Below are positions 45,877-55,975 of a DNA stretch of 64,000 nt, piece by piece (position 1 is the first letter of the stretch; each line of letters starts with the position of its first letter). The DNA is from Bacteroidota bacterium. Its GTDB lineage: Bacteria; Bacteroidota; Ignavibacteria; UBA10030. The notes under the pieces were generated by a model. That model made no database searches. It was not told the DNA's origin and was given only the letters and a program-made list of their open reading frames with translations. The stretch is taken from assembly GCA_049523215.1 (NCBI GenBank), contig JBEKNC010000003.1, positions 263,394 to 327,393 on the forward strand, given 5' to 3'. A program made the translations under genes and the position numbers.

Positions 45877-48800
45877 TTAGCAACTTTCATCTAATACTTT
45901 CCGGATTATCTGTAGAATTTCATCAATCATATAAGGCTTCTGAATAAAACCGCGAGCCCCAGCTTTTAGGAGTTCAGATTTAACATTCGGATCAAAAAAA
46001 CCACTGGCAAAAATTACTTTTACATTCGAATTAATCTCTTTGAGTCTCTTAAATTCCTCCATACCACTAATTCCCGGAAGGCCAAGATCAGTGATGACAA
46101 GGGCAATTTTCTGTTTATGCTGTGAGTACATATCGATCCCTTCAAGACCGTCATTTGCCGTATAGACAGTATATCCTTTGAATTCGAGAAATGGACATGC
46201 GGTATCTCTTAGAAGTTCTTCATCCTCTACAAACAGAATGGTCTCTGTACCGCCAACCGAAAAAGATTTATTCGGTGTTTGCACATCCATTATGTTATCA
46301 CCGGGAGTTGAAACCGGGAAATAAAGGTGAAACGTAGTTCCAATGCCCAGTTTGCTTTCTACGCTAATGAAACCTTGATGTGCTTGCATAACACCGTAGA
46401 CAACAGACAATCCCATCCCCGTTCCTTTTCCTAACGGCTTTGTTGTGAAAAACGGATCAAATATCCTTTGTCGGGTTGCTTCATCCATTCCTTCGCCAGT
46501 ATCACTCACACTGATACTCACATATGAATCTTGATCGGCAGAAGCAAATTGTGCTCGAACGTATTCTTTAAGATGTTTCTCCACTTTCATTGAAATTGTT
46601 CCGCCATTGGGCATGGCATCCCTCGCATTAACACAAAGGTTCAATAATGCCTGATGAATCTGTATGCGATCGGCAGAGATGTATGGAATGTTCTTATCAA
46701 AAGTCTCTGTAAAGATGATGAGCTTGGAAAAGGTTTGTTTGAGCATCGACAGAATTTCGTGCACGAGTTCGGTAATATCTATCGGCTCGAATGAAATTTC
46801 GGTCTTTCGTGCGAATGTCAAAATTTGACGCACCAGCGCTGCTCCGCGCTGAATTGTTTGCGTAACAGCCGATAGACTCTCGATAAATTTCTGATCATCT
46901 GATCTTTGTTTACTCAGCAACGAAGTGTACCCGAGCATAATGCCGAGAATATTATTGAAGTCGTGCGCAATACCGCCGGCAAGCGTGCCGATACTTTGCA
47001 TTTTTTGCGATTGGAGCAACTCTTGTTGGAGTTTTTTTTGCTCAGTAATGTCTCGACTAATGCCGACAAGACCAACGATCTTCCCTTGTTCATCTCGCAA
47101 AGGCAACTTGGATGTAAGCATCCAATGTTTTTTTCCTTCCTTATCGAGAAAGAATTCCTCCTTATTGATGAGCGGTGTATTAGTCTGAATGACCGACTGA
47201 TCCTCATTATGGAAATCTGTTGCTATGTCTTTTGGGAAAAAATCAAAATTGGTTTTTCCTAAAACTTCTGCTTCTGACTGTGCTCCCATGTTATGAAAAT
47301 CTGTGATATTCGCTATGGTGATACGGCAATCAGTATCTTTGACATAGATACCATCCGGAATATTATCAATCAATATCCGGAATAAATTGCGTTCTTTTGC
47401 CAGCGTTTCCTCTACTGCTCGGCGTTCAAAGACGTGCTGTTCCAGTTGTTTCTCTCTCTTTACAAATTGCCGCACACGCCGGCGATATACACCAAATCCG
47501 GTGCTGATTATAACCACCAGCACAAGACCATAGAACCACAATGTTTGGTAGAAATGCGGTTCAAGTTCGAACGCAAAGCTTGCTCCGGTTTCATTCCACA
47601 CACCATCGCTATTGCATGCCGTGACACGAAAGACGTATTCCCTTGGCGGTAAGTTCGTATAAAACGCTTCGTGCCGTGTTCCCACCGATCTCCATTCCTT
47701 ATCAAATCCCTCCAATTTATAACGGAAATTCACTTTCTGCGGTGTAGTGAAACTCAATCCTCCATAGTGAAATTCTACCTGACCGTTGCCGGGCGCGAAA
47801 TGTCCGTACTCATATGGAGAATAATCTACCCTATCCATCACCACTCGTTCAATCACGACAGGCGGTGGAAGATTGCTTTTCTGTAATTGCTTTGGATCTA
47901 CAACGACAATACCTCCGGCGGTGGAAAACCAGAGACGGCCGTCAGAAGTCTTACACGCAGTTGATTGCCCATTACTGGAACAAACATCATTCAACATGCC
48001 ATCAGAATATGTATATGCTGTATGTTGAATACGATCAATTTTACCATCCGCAAAATCGTTGAGAATTTGTTTGCTGACACGACTGATACCATTGATATGG
48101 CTCATCCAAAGATATCCAAGATCATCCTCAAGGATTTCATACACTGCATCATTATAGAGACCATGTTTGCGGGTGAATCGAGTGAATTTACCATCCTTCA
48201 CTCGTACAAGCCCACCGCCATAACTTCCCATCCAAAGAATATGTTCACGATCTTCCATCATACCATAGATGGGTTCAACCGGCAATCCATCTTTTTGTGT
48301 ATATGTTGTTACAGATCCATTTTGCCATCGCATGACCGCCTCATTCCCTCCAATCCACATGGCGCCGCTGTGGTCAACGAGAATAGACCGGATCACATTC
48401 ATCGGTAATCCTTTATCCCGATAATTCACAAATCTTCCATTTTCTAATCGATGAATTCCACCGTTGAGCGTCCCTACCCATAAATATCCTTGGTGATCTT
48501 CTCCAATTGCGCGAATGTAGACATCTGTCAATCCATCCTTCGCAGTATACGCATGGAAAATACCATTACGAAATTCTGTGAGACCTATTTCCGTACCAAT
48601 CCATATGGTACCATGAGAATCCTCAAAAAATGAACGAACATTATTACTCGGAAGAATATTCTTTATGTGACAGACCATGAACTTCTTCCCGTCGAAACGT
48701 ACTACGCCAGCACAACCGATCCACATATCCCCATTATGTGCTTGCATGATAGACCCGGTACCAACGCTGGGTAATCCTTCACGTTCAGTGTAATTGAGAA

Positions 48801-49803
48801 ACTTCCCCTTCCAGAATTGATCCAATCCAGTATTGTAGTTGCCAACCCATAAAGTCCCTTCACGATCTTCTAATATGGAAACTACTACATCACCCGAGAG
48901 ACCATCGGAAGAACGAAATGGCATGAAGACACCAGAAGCAAACTGACAAATACCACCTCCTTCAGTTCCAATCCACAACTCTCTTGAACGATCTTCATAG
49001 ATTGCCCGAATCCTATTATTAGAAAGTCCGTCATCTGTTGTAAATGTGTGAAGTGAGCCTTTCCTCCACCTGACGAGACCTCCCGACGTACCAATCCACA
49101 TAGTGCTGTCAGATGCTTTATAAATACTTCTCACCGTTTCATGCGGTAATCCATTTTTACTCGTATAGTACGACCATCGGCCATGACGATACACGCTTAC
49201 ACCTGCATTTGTTCCTACCCAAATGTTACCTTGATGATCTTCTGCAATTGCATACACTACGTTACTGGAAAGACCTTGTGCAGTAGTGATGGATTCTGTT
49301 TTCCCATCTTTGTACTTGCGAAGCCCGGCATTCATCGTGCCTATCCAACAATTTCCCTCATGGTCTATTGCCAGCGCCCGAATGACTTCAAGTCCTCCAG
49401 TCGTGTTTGTTGGATGATACGTGAAGATACCGTTCTTGAGACTGGTAAGTCCATTGTACGTTCCAATCCAAAGCGTTCCATCGGAAGACTCAATCAACGC
49501 TGTAATGTCATTGTGCTTTAGCGCAGGCGTGTTGTCTTTATCAAACACTTGAAAGATGGATCCATTGAAGCGAACGAGACCATCTTGTGTGGCAATCCAG
49601 AGATATCCGTCTTGTGTCTGAACAAGTGCCCGACCGGAATTATGCGGCAATCCATCTTTGTTCGTCCATATTTTATGGATATACTGCCTCAGTGGTGTTT
49701 TTTGTTGTTCTTGTGCAAGAGAGCCGGGACATACAAACAAACAGGTGAGGAGAAACAATAGCAACCATCGCAATCGATGTATTGTATTCATGAAAGGCAG
49801 CAC
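45877..49803 (-). CDS. Hybrid sensor histidine kinase: double beta-propeller, Y_Y_Y, TM, PAS, HisKA, HATPase_c and receiver
   Basis: Same periplasmic architecture as the neighbouring gene. The cytoplasmic part has PAS, H-box GIAHDFNNIL, N/G boxes (DTGEGMD, GTGMGLS) and REC (ILFVEDEE...VITDLGLPGISG). Confidence 0.9.
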   Translation of the reverse strand: MLPFMNTIHRLRWLLLFLLTCLFVCPGSLAQEQQKTPLRQYIHKIWTNKDGLPHNSGRALVQTQDGYLWIATQDGLVRFNGSIFQVFDKDNTPALKHNDITALIESSDGTLWIGTYNGLTSLKNGIFTYHPTNTTGGLEVIRALAIDHEGNCWIGTMNAGLRKYKDGKTESITTAQGLSSNVVYAIAEDHQGNIWVGTNAGVSVYRHGRWSYYTSKNGLPHETVRSIYKASDSTMWIGTSGGLVRWRKGSLHTFTTDDGLSNNRIRAIYEDRSRELWIGTEGGGICQFASGVFMPFRSSDGLSGDVVVSILEDREGTLWVGNYNTGLDQFWKGKFLNYTEREGLPSVGTGSIMQAHNGDMWIGCAGVVRFDGKKFMVCHIKNILPSNNVRSFFEDSHGTIWIGTEIGLTEFRNGIFHAYTAKDGLTDVYIRAIGEDHQGYLWVGTLNGGIHRLENGRFVNYRDKGLPMNVIRSILVDHSGAMWIGGNEAVMRWQNGSVTTYTQKDGLPVEPIYGMMEDREHILWMGSYGGGLVRVKDGKFTRFTRKHGLYNDAVYEILEDDLGYLWMSHINGISRVSKQILNDFADGKIDRIQHTAYTYSDGMLNDVCSSNGQSTACKTSDGRLWFSTAGGIVVVDPKQLQKSNLPPPVVIERVVMDRVDYSPYEYGHFAPGNGQVEFHYGGLSFTTPQKVNFRYKLEGFDKEWRSVGTRHEAFYTNLPPREYVFRVTACNSDGVWNETGASFAFELEPHFYQTLWFYGLVLVVIISTGFGVYRRRVRQFVKREKQLEQHVFERRAVEETLAKERNLFRILIDNIPDGIYVKDTDCRITIANITDFHNMGAQSEAEVLGKTNFDFFPKDIATDFHNEDQSVIQTNTPLINKEEFFLDKEGKKHWMLTSKLPLRDEQGKIVGLVGISRDITEQKKLQQELLQSQKMQSIGTLAGGIAHDFNNILGIMLGYTSLLSKQRSDDQKFIESLSAVTQTIQRGAALVRQILTFARKTEISFEPIDITELVHEILSMLKQTFSKLIIFTETFDKNIPYISADRIQIHQALLNLCVNARDAMPNGGTISMKVEKHLKEYVRAQFASADQDSYVSISVSDTGEGMDEATRQRIFDPFFTTKPLGKGTGMGLSVVYGVMQAHQGFISVESKLGIGTTFHLYFPVSTPGDNIMDVQTPNKSFSVGGTETILFVEDEELLRDTACPFLEFKGYTVYTANDGLEGIDMYSQHKQKIALVITDLGLPGISGMEEFKRLKEINSNVKVIFASGFFDPNVKSELLKAGARGFIQKPYMIDEILQIIRKVLDESC

Positions 49804-49904
49804 CCTTTCTTAACATATAGAGATAAATGCTTTTAAATGGTAATCAATTTAATAATCCTTTTCCACTCTTAAGTTTGATGAGTTTACGCATTGTAATAGC
49901 TCAT

Positions 49905-51011
49905 TAAGAATGTCAGGTTTGCGTATGTTAGAAGTCCTCAAAAGAGAAATGACTTCTGGAATGGGACAAACCATAACAATGAGCATATAAGAGAAATGGA
50001 AACCCGATTGAAAATGATAGTACGGAACAAAGAAGGCAAAATCATCGTGTTAGAAGCAGCCGAGAGCATACATCTCAGCGAGCGGCAGATGTATCGTGTG
50101 TTAGCCCGCTATCGGACACAGGCAGAAGCAGGACTGGTGCATCGACTCCGCGGGGCACGAGTTCTCATCGAGGATATTCGGAAGAGAACGCGGAAGAAAG
50201 TATTTCGATTGTTCCGAGAGCAGTATTCAGATTATGATCCAACGCTGTTTTCCGAGAAGTGAGAGGAATATCACGCTTTGCGCATTTCACGGCAAACGCT
50301 CACTCGGTGGTTGGTCAAGGAAAGTCTCTGGGCGCCCAGACGCAAGAAGCGAACGGTGTCAGACAATGGGCTCACTCATTCAATTCGACGGTAGTGATCA
50401 CGATTGGTTTGAGGGACGTGGTCCGGCGCGGTGTTGTTTGTTGGTTGCCATTGACGATGCCTCGGGAAGTGTGATGCTGCGTTTTACCAAGGAAGAAGAT
50501 ACGGCAAGCGTCCCCTTTTGAGTTCTGACATAGATACATTCAACACAGAGGCATTCCTGCAGAAATCTACACAGATGGCGGTACGATCTATTTTGACACC
50601 AAAAATCCTAAACGTTTGACGCAGTTTGGCTGTGTTCTTAAAGCACTGGGCATTCATCATATCCATGCCTATTCTCCTCAGGCAAAGGAGCGGGTGAAAC
50701 GATCCAATCGAACGTATCAAGATCACCTGTTGAAGGCGTTACGCGAACAGGGCATTTCCAGCATCAAAGATGCAAATCGGTTTTTAGAGGAACTCTACTG
50801 TACTCAACACAATATGCGTTTTGCACAGTGCGAAGGACTTTCAGACATTCACCGCCCTGCTAATGGGATTGATCTCGACAACATCTTTTGCTTCGAAGAT
50901 ACTCGGAAGGTGTATAACAACTATACCATTACTCTGCACAGTCAGTTTATTCAGTTACTTCGCTCAGAAGCACCTCTGCCGCCTCCGCGCTCTACGCTGC
51001 TCCTGCGGCAA
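49905..51011 (+). mobile_element. Degraded IS, IS1202 (ISNCY)-like; DDE transposase split over three frames and truncated at the 3' end
   Basis: The ORFs 49996-50262, 50234-50521 and 50616-51014 together resemble one rve-type transposase: HTH ...LSERQMYRVLARYRTQAEAGLVHRLRGAR, then ...QFDGSDHDWFEGRGP..LLVAIDDASG, then ...HAYSPQAKERVKRSNRTYQDHL. The family call is from memory of ISNCY/IS1202 transposases. Confidence 0.65.
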
Positions 51012-51290
51012 TAGCTCGATAGTCGCATCATACGCCGGCCTGCCGTAGAACGATTGAAAACTGACCCAACCGATGATTTCACTATTTTTGTTTTCGACAA
51101 CTTATAAAGGACGTTTGTTGGGAGTGTGTTCATGAAACCATCGTATTCTGCTTTCTACTGAGATAGGTTCTGTGTCGGCAGTGACCATCCTTGAAGAGAT
51201 TGTCGAATTATATATCTCGACAATCCTTTCCAGGTCTTGAAGATTTGCGTCTCTATATATAAGTTCATCTATAGCTGTAATTGTCTTCAC
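51012..51290 (-). pseudogene. GNAT (PAT-like) gene fragment: canonical N-terminus plus the 172-bp repeat, with a premature stop
   Basis: [62 protein letters not shown]. It is identical to gene 42456-42932 over the repeat except for a ccc to ctt change that creates the stop. It ends at the IS junction. Confidence 0.8.
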
Positions 51291-51386
51291 TCCTTCTTGT
51301 AATGTGTACCTACTCGCTAAACTTTTCGCTTATTCCAGCGACCTGCATTTTATGCCGTTGTTATAGGGACGTATCGCCGTACGTTC

Positions 51387-52301
51387 CTACGAGGACTTCC
51401 CTTTCTTCACAAATGTATTGTTCTCGTATTCCCGAAAAGCAATTTCCAATTCTTTTTGTGTATTCATCACCACCGGTCCATACCATGCAATGGGTTCGCC
51501 GATCGGTTTCCCGGATATCAGGAGAAATCTCATGGACTGATCTTCTGTTTGAACAACGATTTGATCGCCGTCATCAAACAAGACAAGCGTGCCATTGGAT
51601 GCGTACGGCTCGCGCTTGATATCAAAATAATTGACTCCATCTGCTTCATAGGAAAACGGCTTCCTCTCCTTGCACAGAAATCCTTGCCCTTCGATCACGT
51701 ATGCGAAGACCGTATATCCCCTCTTCGTCGCGTGTATAAATTCCGAGCTTGACGGCACGGTAATATCGAGATACTCCGGATCGACAATAATATCCTGTAC
51801 AGGTCCCTTTGTCTTTTTGTAAGAGCCGCAGATAAGTTTTATCTTCGTTCCGTTCTCCAGAACCACGTCCGGAATATCCGCCTGTTTAACTTCCTGATAC
51901 CGCGGATCCATCATTTTGTGAGAAGCTGGAAGATTTGCCCAGAGTTGAAACCCGTACATCGCGCTTCCCGTACCGGGCTTCGGCATTTCCTGATGAATAA
52001 TTCCGCTGCCTGCCGTCATCCATTGAACATCACCCGAAGAAATGATCCCGCTGTTGCCCATACTGTCTTTGTGTTCTACGCTTCCCTTGAGCATATACGT
52101 GATCGTTTCAATTCCCCGATGAGGATGCCAGGGAAATCCTTTGATGTAATCATCCGGATGATCGGAACGAAAATCATCTAAAAGAAGGAAAGGATCGAAT
52201 TGAGGCACTTCTTTATTTCCCATCGCCCGTTTGAGACGGACTCCCGCTCCTTCAAGAACAGACTGACTTTTGAAAACTTTTTTTATTTTTCGCGTCTCCA
52301 T
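51387..52301 (-). CDS. Pirin family protein (bicupin)
   Basis: HPHRGIETITYMLKGSVEHKD cupin metal-site motif and a second cupin domain. Confidence 0.9.
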   Translation of the reverse strand: METRKIKKVFKSQSVLEGAGVRLKRAMGNKEVPQFDPFLLLDDFRSDHPDDYIKGFPWHPHRGIETITYMLKGSVEHKDSMGNSGIISSGDVQWMTAGSGIIHQEMPKPGTGSAMYGFQLWANLPASHKMMDPRYQEVKQADIPDVVLENGTKIKLICGSYKKTKGPVQDIIVDPEYLDITVPSSSEFIHATKRGYTVFAYVIEGQGFLCKERKPFSYEADGVNYFDIKREPYASNGTLVLFDDGDQIVVQTEDQSMRFLLISGKPIGEPIAWYGPVVMNTQKELEIAFREYENNTFVKKGKSS

Positions 52302-52325
52302 CTTACACCTCCGTTTAGTTATTTT

Positions 52326-52386
52326 TAGCTGACGTCATTGACGTCGGCATTTTCTTCCCCGCGACCATCGGTCGCGGCTACAAAAT
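52326..52386. repeat. Second copy of the 63-bp double-hairpin element (see 7884-7946), intergenic downstream of pirin
   Basis: gctgacgtcattgacgtcggc and ccgcgaccatcggtcgcgg hairpins plus the shared tail ctacaa. Confidence 0.75.
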
Positions 52387-52495
52387 CATTTTACCACCGA
52401 CTCTATTATTGTTTCTTAAGTTCCGCCTTGCAAAATTCCGAACGTTAAACGATGTTTAAGAAACCGATAGGATATGCTCAATCCAATCTTAAGCT

Positions 52496-53008
52496 CTATT
52501 CAATTGAATACTTCTTAATTTTATTGCAGAATTCATCAAGATCGGTACCTTCAATATCCTTTAGTTCCATATTCTTTAAAATTGGCAACATCTTTTGGGG
52601 ACACTTTAATTCACCTTCCCACCACTCCTTTGAATGATCCGCATCGGCAAATTGTTCCCATAAAGAAATATCCACATTTGCTTCAGATATTTCGTTTTTG
52701 ATTAAATTCGTGAATACAGTTTTTATCCCTTTAAATGAATAGTAGTTTTCGATGCTATATCTTTTCAATACTGTGGGAATAATATTTATGGATTTACATC
52801 GTTCTATAAATTTATCTCGCGGCTTCTTATCTTTTGTGTCTTTATCAAGCAAAACAAAAACATTTCTTAATTGTGCAAATGGAGTCGGATCAAAGAACGC
52901 CATCATACTTCCTGAGAGGAATACGTATGAGACAGAGAAAGTATTAGCAATGTTATACCAATGTTTAAGAATATAATCCATTAGTATGGGATCATTTTTC
53001 CCCTCCAT
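52496..53008 (-). CDS. AT-rich ORFan, possible Toprim-like (DUF4276/OLD-C-terminal-like) domain protein
   Basis: N-terminal EGKND and later VFVLLDKDTKD resemble Toprim E..(G) and DxD motifs. The codon usage is AT-rich and atypical for the window. It abuts a truncated DUF559 gene. The assignment is speculative. Confidence 0.3.
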   Translation of the reverse strand: MEGKNDPILMDYILKHWYNIANTFSVSYVFLSGSMMAFFDPTPFAQLRNVFVLLDKDTKDKKPRDKFIERCKSINIIPTVLKRYSIENYYSFKGIKTVFTNLIKNEISEANVDISLWEQFADADHSKEWWEGELKCPQKMLPILKNMELKDIEGTDLDEFCNKIKKYSIE

Positions 53009-53249
53009 GAGAATCGCCGTCTATCTCAAGAACCAATTTCAATCGCGGACAATAAAAATCTACCACATATTCATCAATCGGCTTCTGCCTGTGAAAATCA
53101 TAACCTAATAATTGCTTGCCCTTAATTTGCTGCCAGAGAAGAATTTCTGTCAATGTCATATTCTTCCGCAATGTCCGTGCAGCCTGTTTGAGTCTCGGAT
53201 TGTATTCTATCCATTGGTTTCTCACGAACACACCCCTTACCCCTCTCAA
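52992..53249 (-). pseudogene. DUF559 endonuclease-like gene, C-terminally truncated
   Basis: ...YVVDFYCPRLKLVLEIDGDSHGGEK* stops right after the EIDG.SH motif, whereas family members (including the copy at 1-262) continue about 40 aa further. Confidence 0.55.
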
Positions 53250-53395
53250 GAGGGGACGTTTAAGCTTAAATTCAAAAATCTTTTCTTAGCACCACATCAT
53301 TTTCCTTCTTCCTCATATTCATCCCGCCGGCATACTATCCGATGAACGTTTGTGATATATGAAACGTAGAGATAATATATCGCCTGATCTGCCAA

Positions 53396-53737
53396 TTACA
53401 CACTTGGAGCTTTACAAATTTTTGATACAAATAATTCAATGAACAATCCAAATATGGTTCCTCCTATAGTGTAAGGAATAAAACCCATTACATTATTATC
53501 AAGAATCATACCTATGGAATATGATAGAGTTACTAAAAAACCAATGAATGCTCCGTGGAGGAGATAATTCATTTTTAACCTACTTATACCGATAACAAAA
53601 CCAATTAAAATTCGATTTCCAAAAGATGAAACAATTAATGCAGATAATGTGATGGATGGAATTAAATATTTCCTTCCGATAGCACATATAATCGCACAAA
53701 TAATTCCAGCTATGATAGATAATGATAATCTTTTCAT
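53396..53737 (-). CDS. Small 4-TM membrane protein, hypothetical (AT-rich)
   Basis: Hydrophobic helices starting from MKRLSLSIIAGIICAI. The upstream in-frame extension to 53821 is less likely. Confidence 0.35.
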   Translation of the reverse strand: MKRLSLSIIAGIICAIICAIGRKYLIPSITLSALIVSSFGNRILIGFVIGISRLKMNYLLHGAFIGFLVTLSYSIGMILDNNVMGFIPYTIGGTIFGLFIELFVSKICKAPSV

Positions 53738-53971
53738 TTTTTCTCTCCTTAAAATTGTTATTTGTGGACAATTGCGTACAACATACAGATACATGCATAG
53801 ACAACGGCTGAGAAGAGCCAATGGAGTTCATTTGCCCTGCACAATATCTTTTCTCTTTTAGATTTTTCTTCGAATCGGAATCCCCAATGATGATTACGGC
53901 GGCTCGGGATTTTTCTAACTATAAATATACGCGTTTCCGGATGGTCGGGCAAGGGCTGCTTTTACTCTGAT

Positions 53972-54009
53972 GCCACCACCCCACACCCCTCCTCATATGA
54001 GGAGGGGAC
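53972..54009. repeat. GC-rich hairpin ccaccacccc..cccctcctcatatgaggagggg; related to 10929-11039 and to cccctctcaagagggg at 53236-53256
   Basis: 22-nt perfect palindrome preceded by a ccaccacccc box, the same pair of motifs as at 10929-11039. Confidence 0.6.
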
Positions 54010-54216
54010 GTTCCGATGTATTTCAATCGGAACAGGGGTGGTCGATAAACGCCAGAGAGTAATCAAAGGCAAGCATATCACTTCAAGAGAGTGTCGGGAG
54101 GAAACTCCCGCCATCACATTTACACGTGAAATCATTAAAAAATCAAGATTTGCTTGTTTCTTCGGAAATTTATTTGAATATAGATTAAAACAGAATAACA
54201 TAATTATCAAAAGGGA

Positions 54217-54624
54217 TTGTGTATGCCTCTCATAGAATGGAACAACACCTTTTCGGTTGAAATACAAAAAATCGATGAACAACATAAGAAGTTTTTTTCT
54301 ATTATCAACGTGTTATATGATGCTATAATGCAAGGCAAGGGTGAAGAGGTTGTGGGTTCGGTATTGAAGGAGTTACAACAATATGTGATATTTCATTTCA
54401 AATCCGAAGAGTCCTGGATGGAAATGTACAATTATCCGGATATAAACAAGCACATCCTGGAACATGAAGGGGCGATTCAAAAAGTGAACAAGCTCGTACT
54501 GGAATATGAACGAGGCCAACAAACCGTCGATATTGAATTATTGAAATTCTTAAGCGATTGGCTCCAAAATCATATTCTCAAGGCCGATAGGAATTATATT
54601 CCATATTTCCGGGGAAAAGTATAG
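54217..54624 (+). CDS. Hemerythrin-like (bacteriohemerythrin) protein
   Basis: HHE cation-binding pattern: H...HF..EE..M......H..EH...D; IEWNNTFSV...IDEQHKKFF...HFKSEE...HILEH...DWLQNHILKAD. The start is probably MPLIEW at 54223. Confidence 0.8.
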   Translation: MCMPLIEWNNTFSVEIQKIDEQHKKFFSIINVLYDAIMQGKGEEVVGSVLKELQQYVIFHFKSEESWMEMYNYPDINKHILEHEGAIQKVNKLVLEYERGQQTVDIELLKFLSDWLQNHILKADRNYIPYFRGKV

Positions 54625-54694
54625 CAAAGTATTTTAGATATTAATTCGAGGTCGTGCGCAATGCAATCACATTTACAAGCTGCAAAATTATTCA

Positions 54695-55354
54695 TCACTT
54701 AAGCAGAACAAGTTTCCTGGTGTCTGTAAATGACCCGGTTTGTAGCCTATAAAAATATACTCCGCTCGGCATCGATGCAGCATTCCATATCTTCGAGTAA
54801 CTGCCGGCCGCCATATTTTCACTCACTATAGTCGCCACCTCCTGTCCTACCAGATTGTACACCTTTATCGAAACATAGGTTTGAAATGGAATATCAAACG
54901 AGACCGTTGTTGTTGGGTTGAACGGATTCGGATAATTCTGCTTCAGCCCGAAAGCATCGGGTCGGAAAGAAATCCGATCATTCTCAATACCGGTGGCTGC
55001 GGACGCAGTGAACGATCCTGTCATCCCCGCCGAAAAATGGAAGTCGCATTGATAGAGATACATGCCCGCAACTGCGACAGGATACGTAAATACGCTACCG
55101 GAAGCCTGATGAAAGCTTTGTGCACCGGCGGGAACACTCGTGGAACTCAGCGGATGCATACTAAAATCACCCTCCCACTTGACCGTGTCCCCTACGAAAA
55201 CATTCAGAGAATTGGGCGAATAAGTAAGTCCAAACGAACCCCCGAACTGGATGACATGGGTTGTGGCATGCGCTGTAGTCGCAACTGCGAGTAACATTAC
55301 TACCCACACAATCGATGTCGTTCTCTGAAATACCAAGATGGATTGTTTTTTCAT
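54695..55354 (-). CDS. Type-1 copper (cupredoxin/plastocyanin-like) protein with T9SS C-terminal sorting domain
   Basis: Signal peptide, copper ligand cluster YLYQCDFHFSAGM (C..H....M) and a C-terminal approximately 80 aa Por-secretion CTD (NYPNPFNPTTTVSFDI...VYNLVGQEVATIV...GVYFYRLQ). Confidence 0.75.
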   Translation of the reverse strand: MKKQSILVFQRTTSIVWVVMLLAVATTAHATTHVIQFGGSFGLTYSPNSLNVFVGDTVKWEGDFSMHPLSSTSVPAGAQSFHQASGSVFTYPVAVAGMYLYQCDFHFSAGMTGSFTASAATGIENDRISFRPDAFGLKQNYPNPFNPTTTVSFDIPFQTYVSIKVYNLVGQEVATIVSENMAAGSYSKIWNAASMPSGVYFYRLQTGSFTDTRKLVLLK

Positions 55355-55975
55355 GATAAATCCTTTCTGATTTGGTTTGTGATTACTTTGAGTTGAATCT
55401 GAGTCACCGCTTGTTCATTCCTTCGTCTCGATGATGGCAAAGCAATACCAAGAGGTGCCTTAGTTTTCATAGGAATAATTTCTTTTATGATTTTTGCATT
55501 TTACCAACCAGCTTTAGAAAGCATTGCCGCGCTTTTACCACAATCCGATTATACTTTCTATTATGAACAGTTTAGAGACCTACAATGTTCCCACGGAGGT
55601 ATTCATTTTTAAGCCTCTTTTTGAGTTCTCCCTTTGCCTTACCAGAACCAAATATCAAAATAGATATTGCATTACGATAAATTAATCATGTTGCCGTTAG
55701 AAGCAATAGTCTATTCACATGGAAATACTCCATCATCCACGTCTCCACGCGCCAACAACCGGGGCTTTAATTGCGCCGCCATTTTTGGAGGGAACGATGC
55801 ATTGGAAACCTAATCATCTTCCCGCACTTTGTCAGCTGAAATTATCTCTTAATTCGGCGTATTTTCCCAACACCTTACTATCTCTCAAACTTACTTGATA
55901 ACCATGCTAACTTTCCCTATCATAAGAATAGACATGTTCATTCGCTAATTCTGTTAACCTAACAGGAGGTATGTT

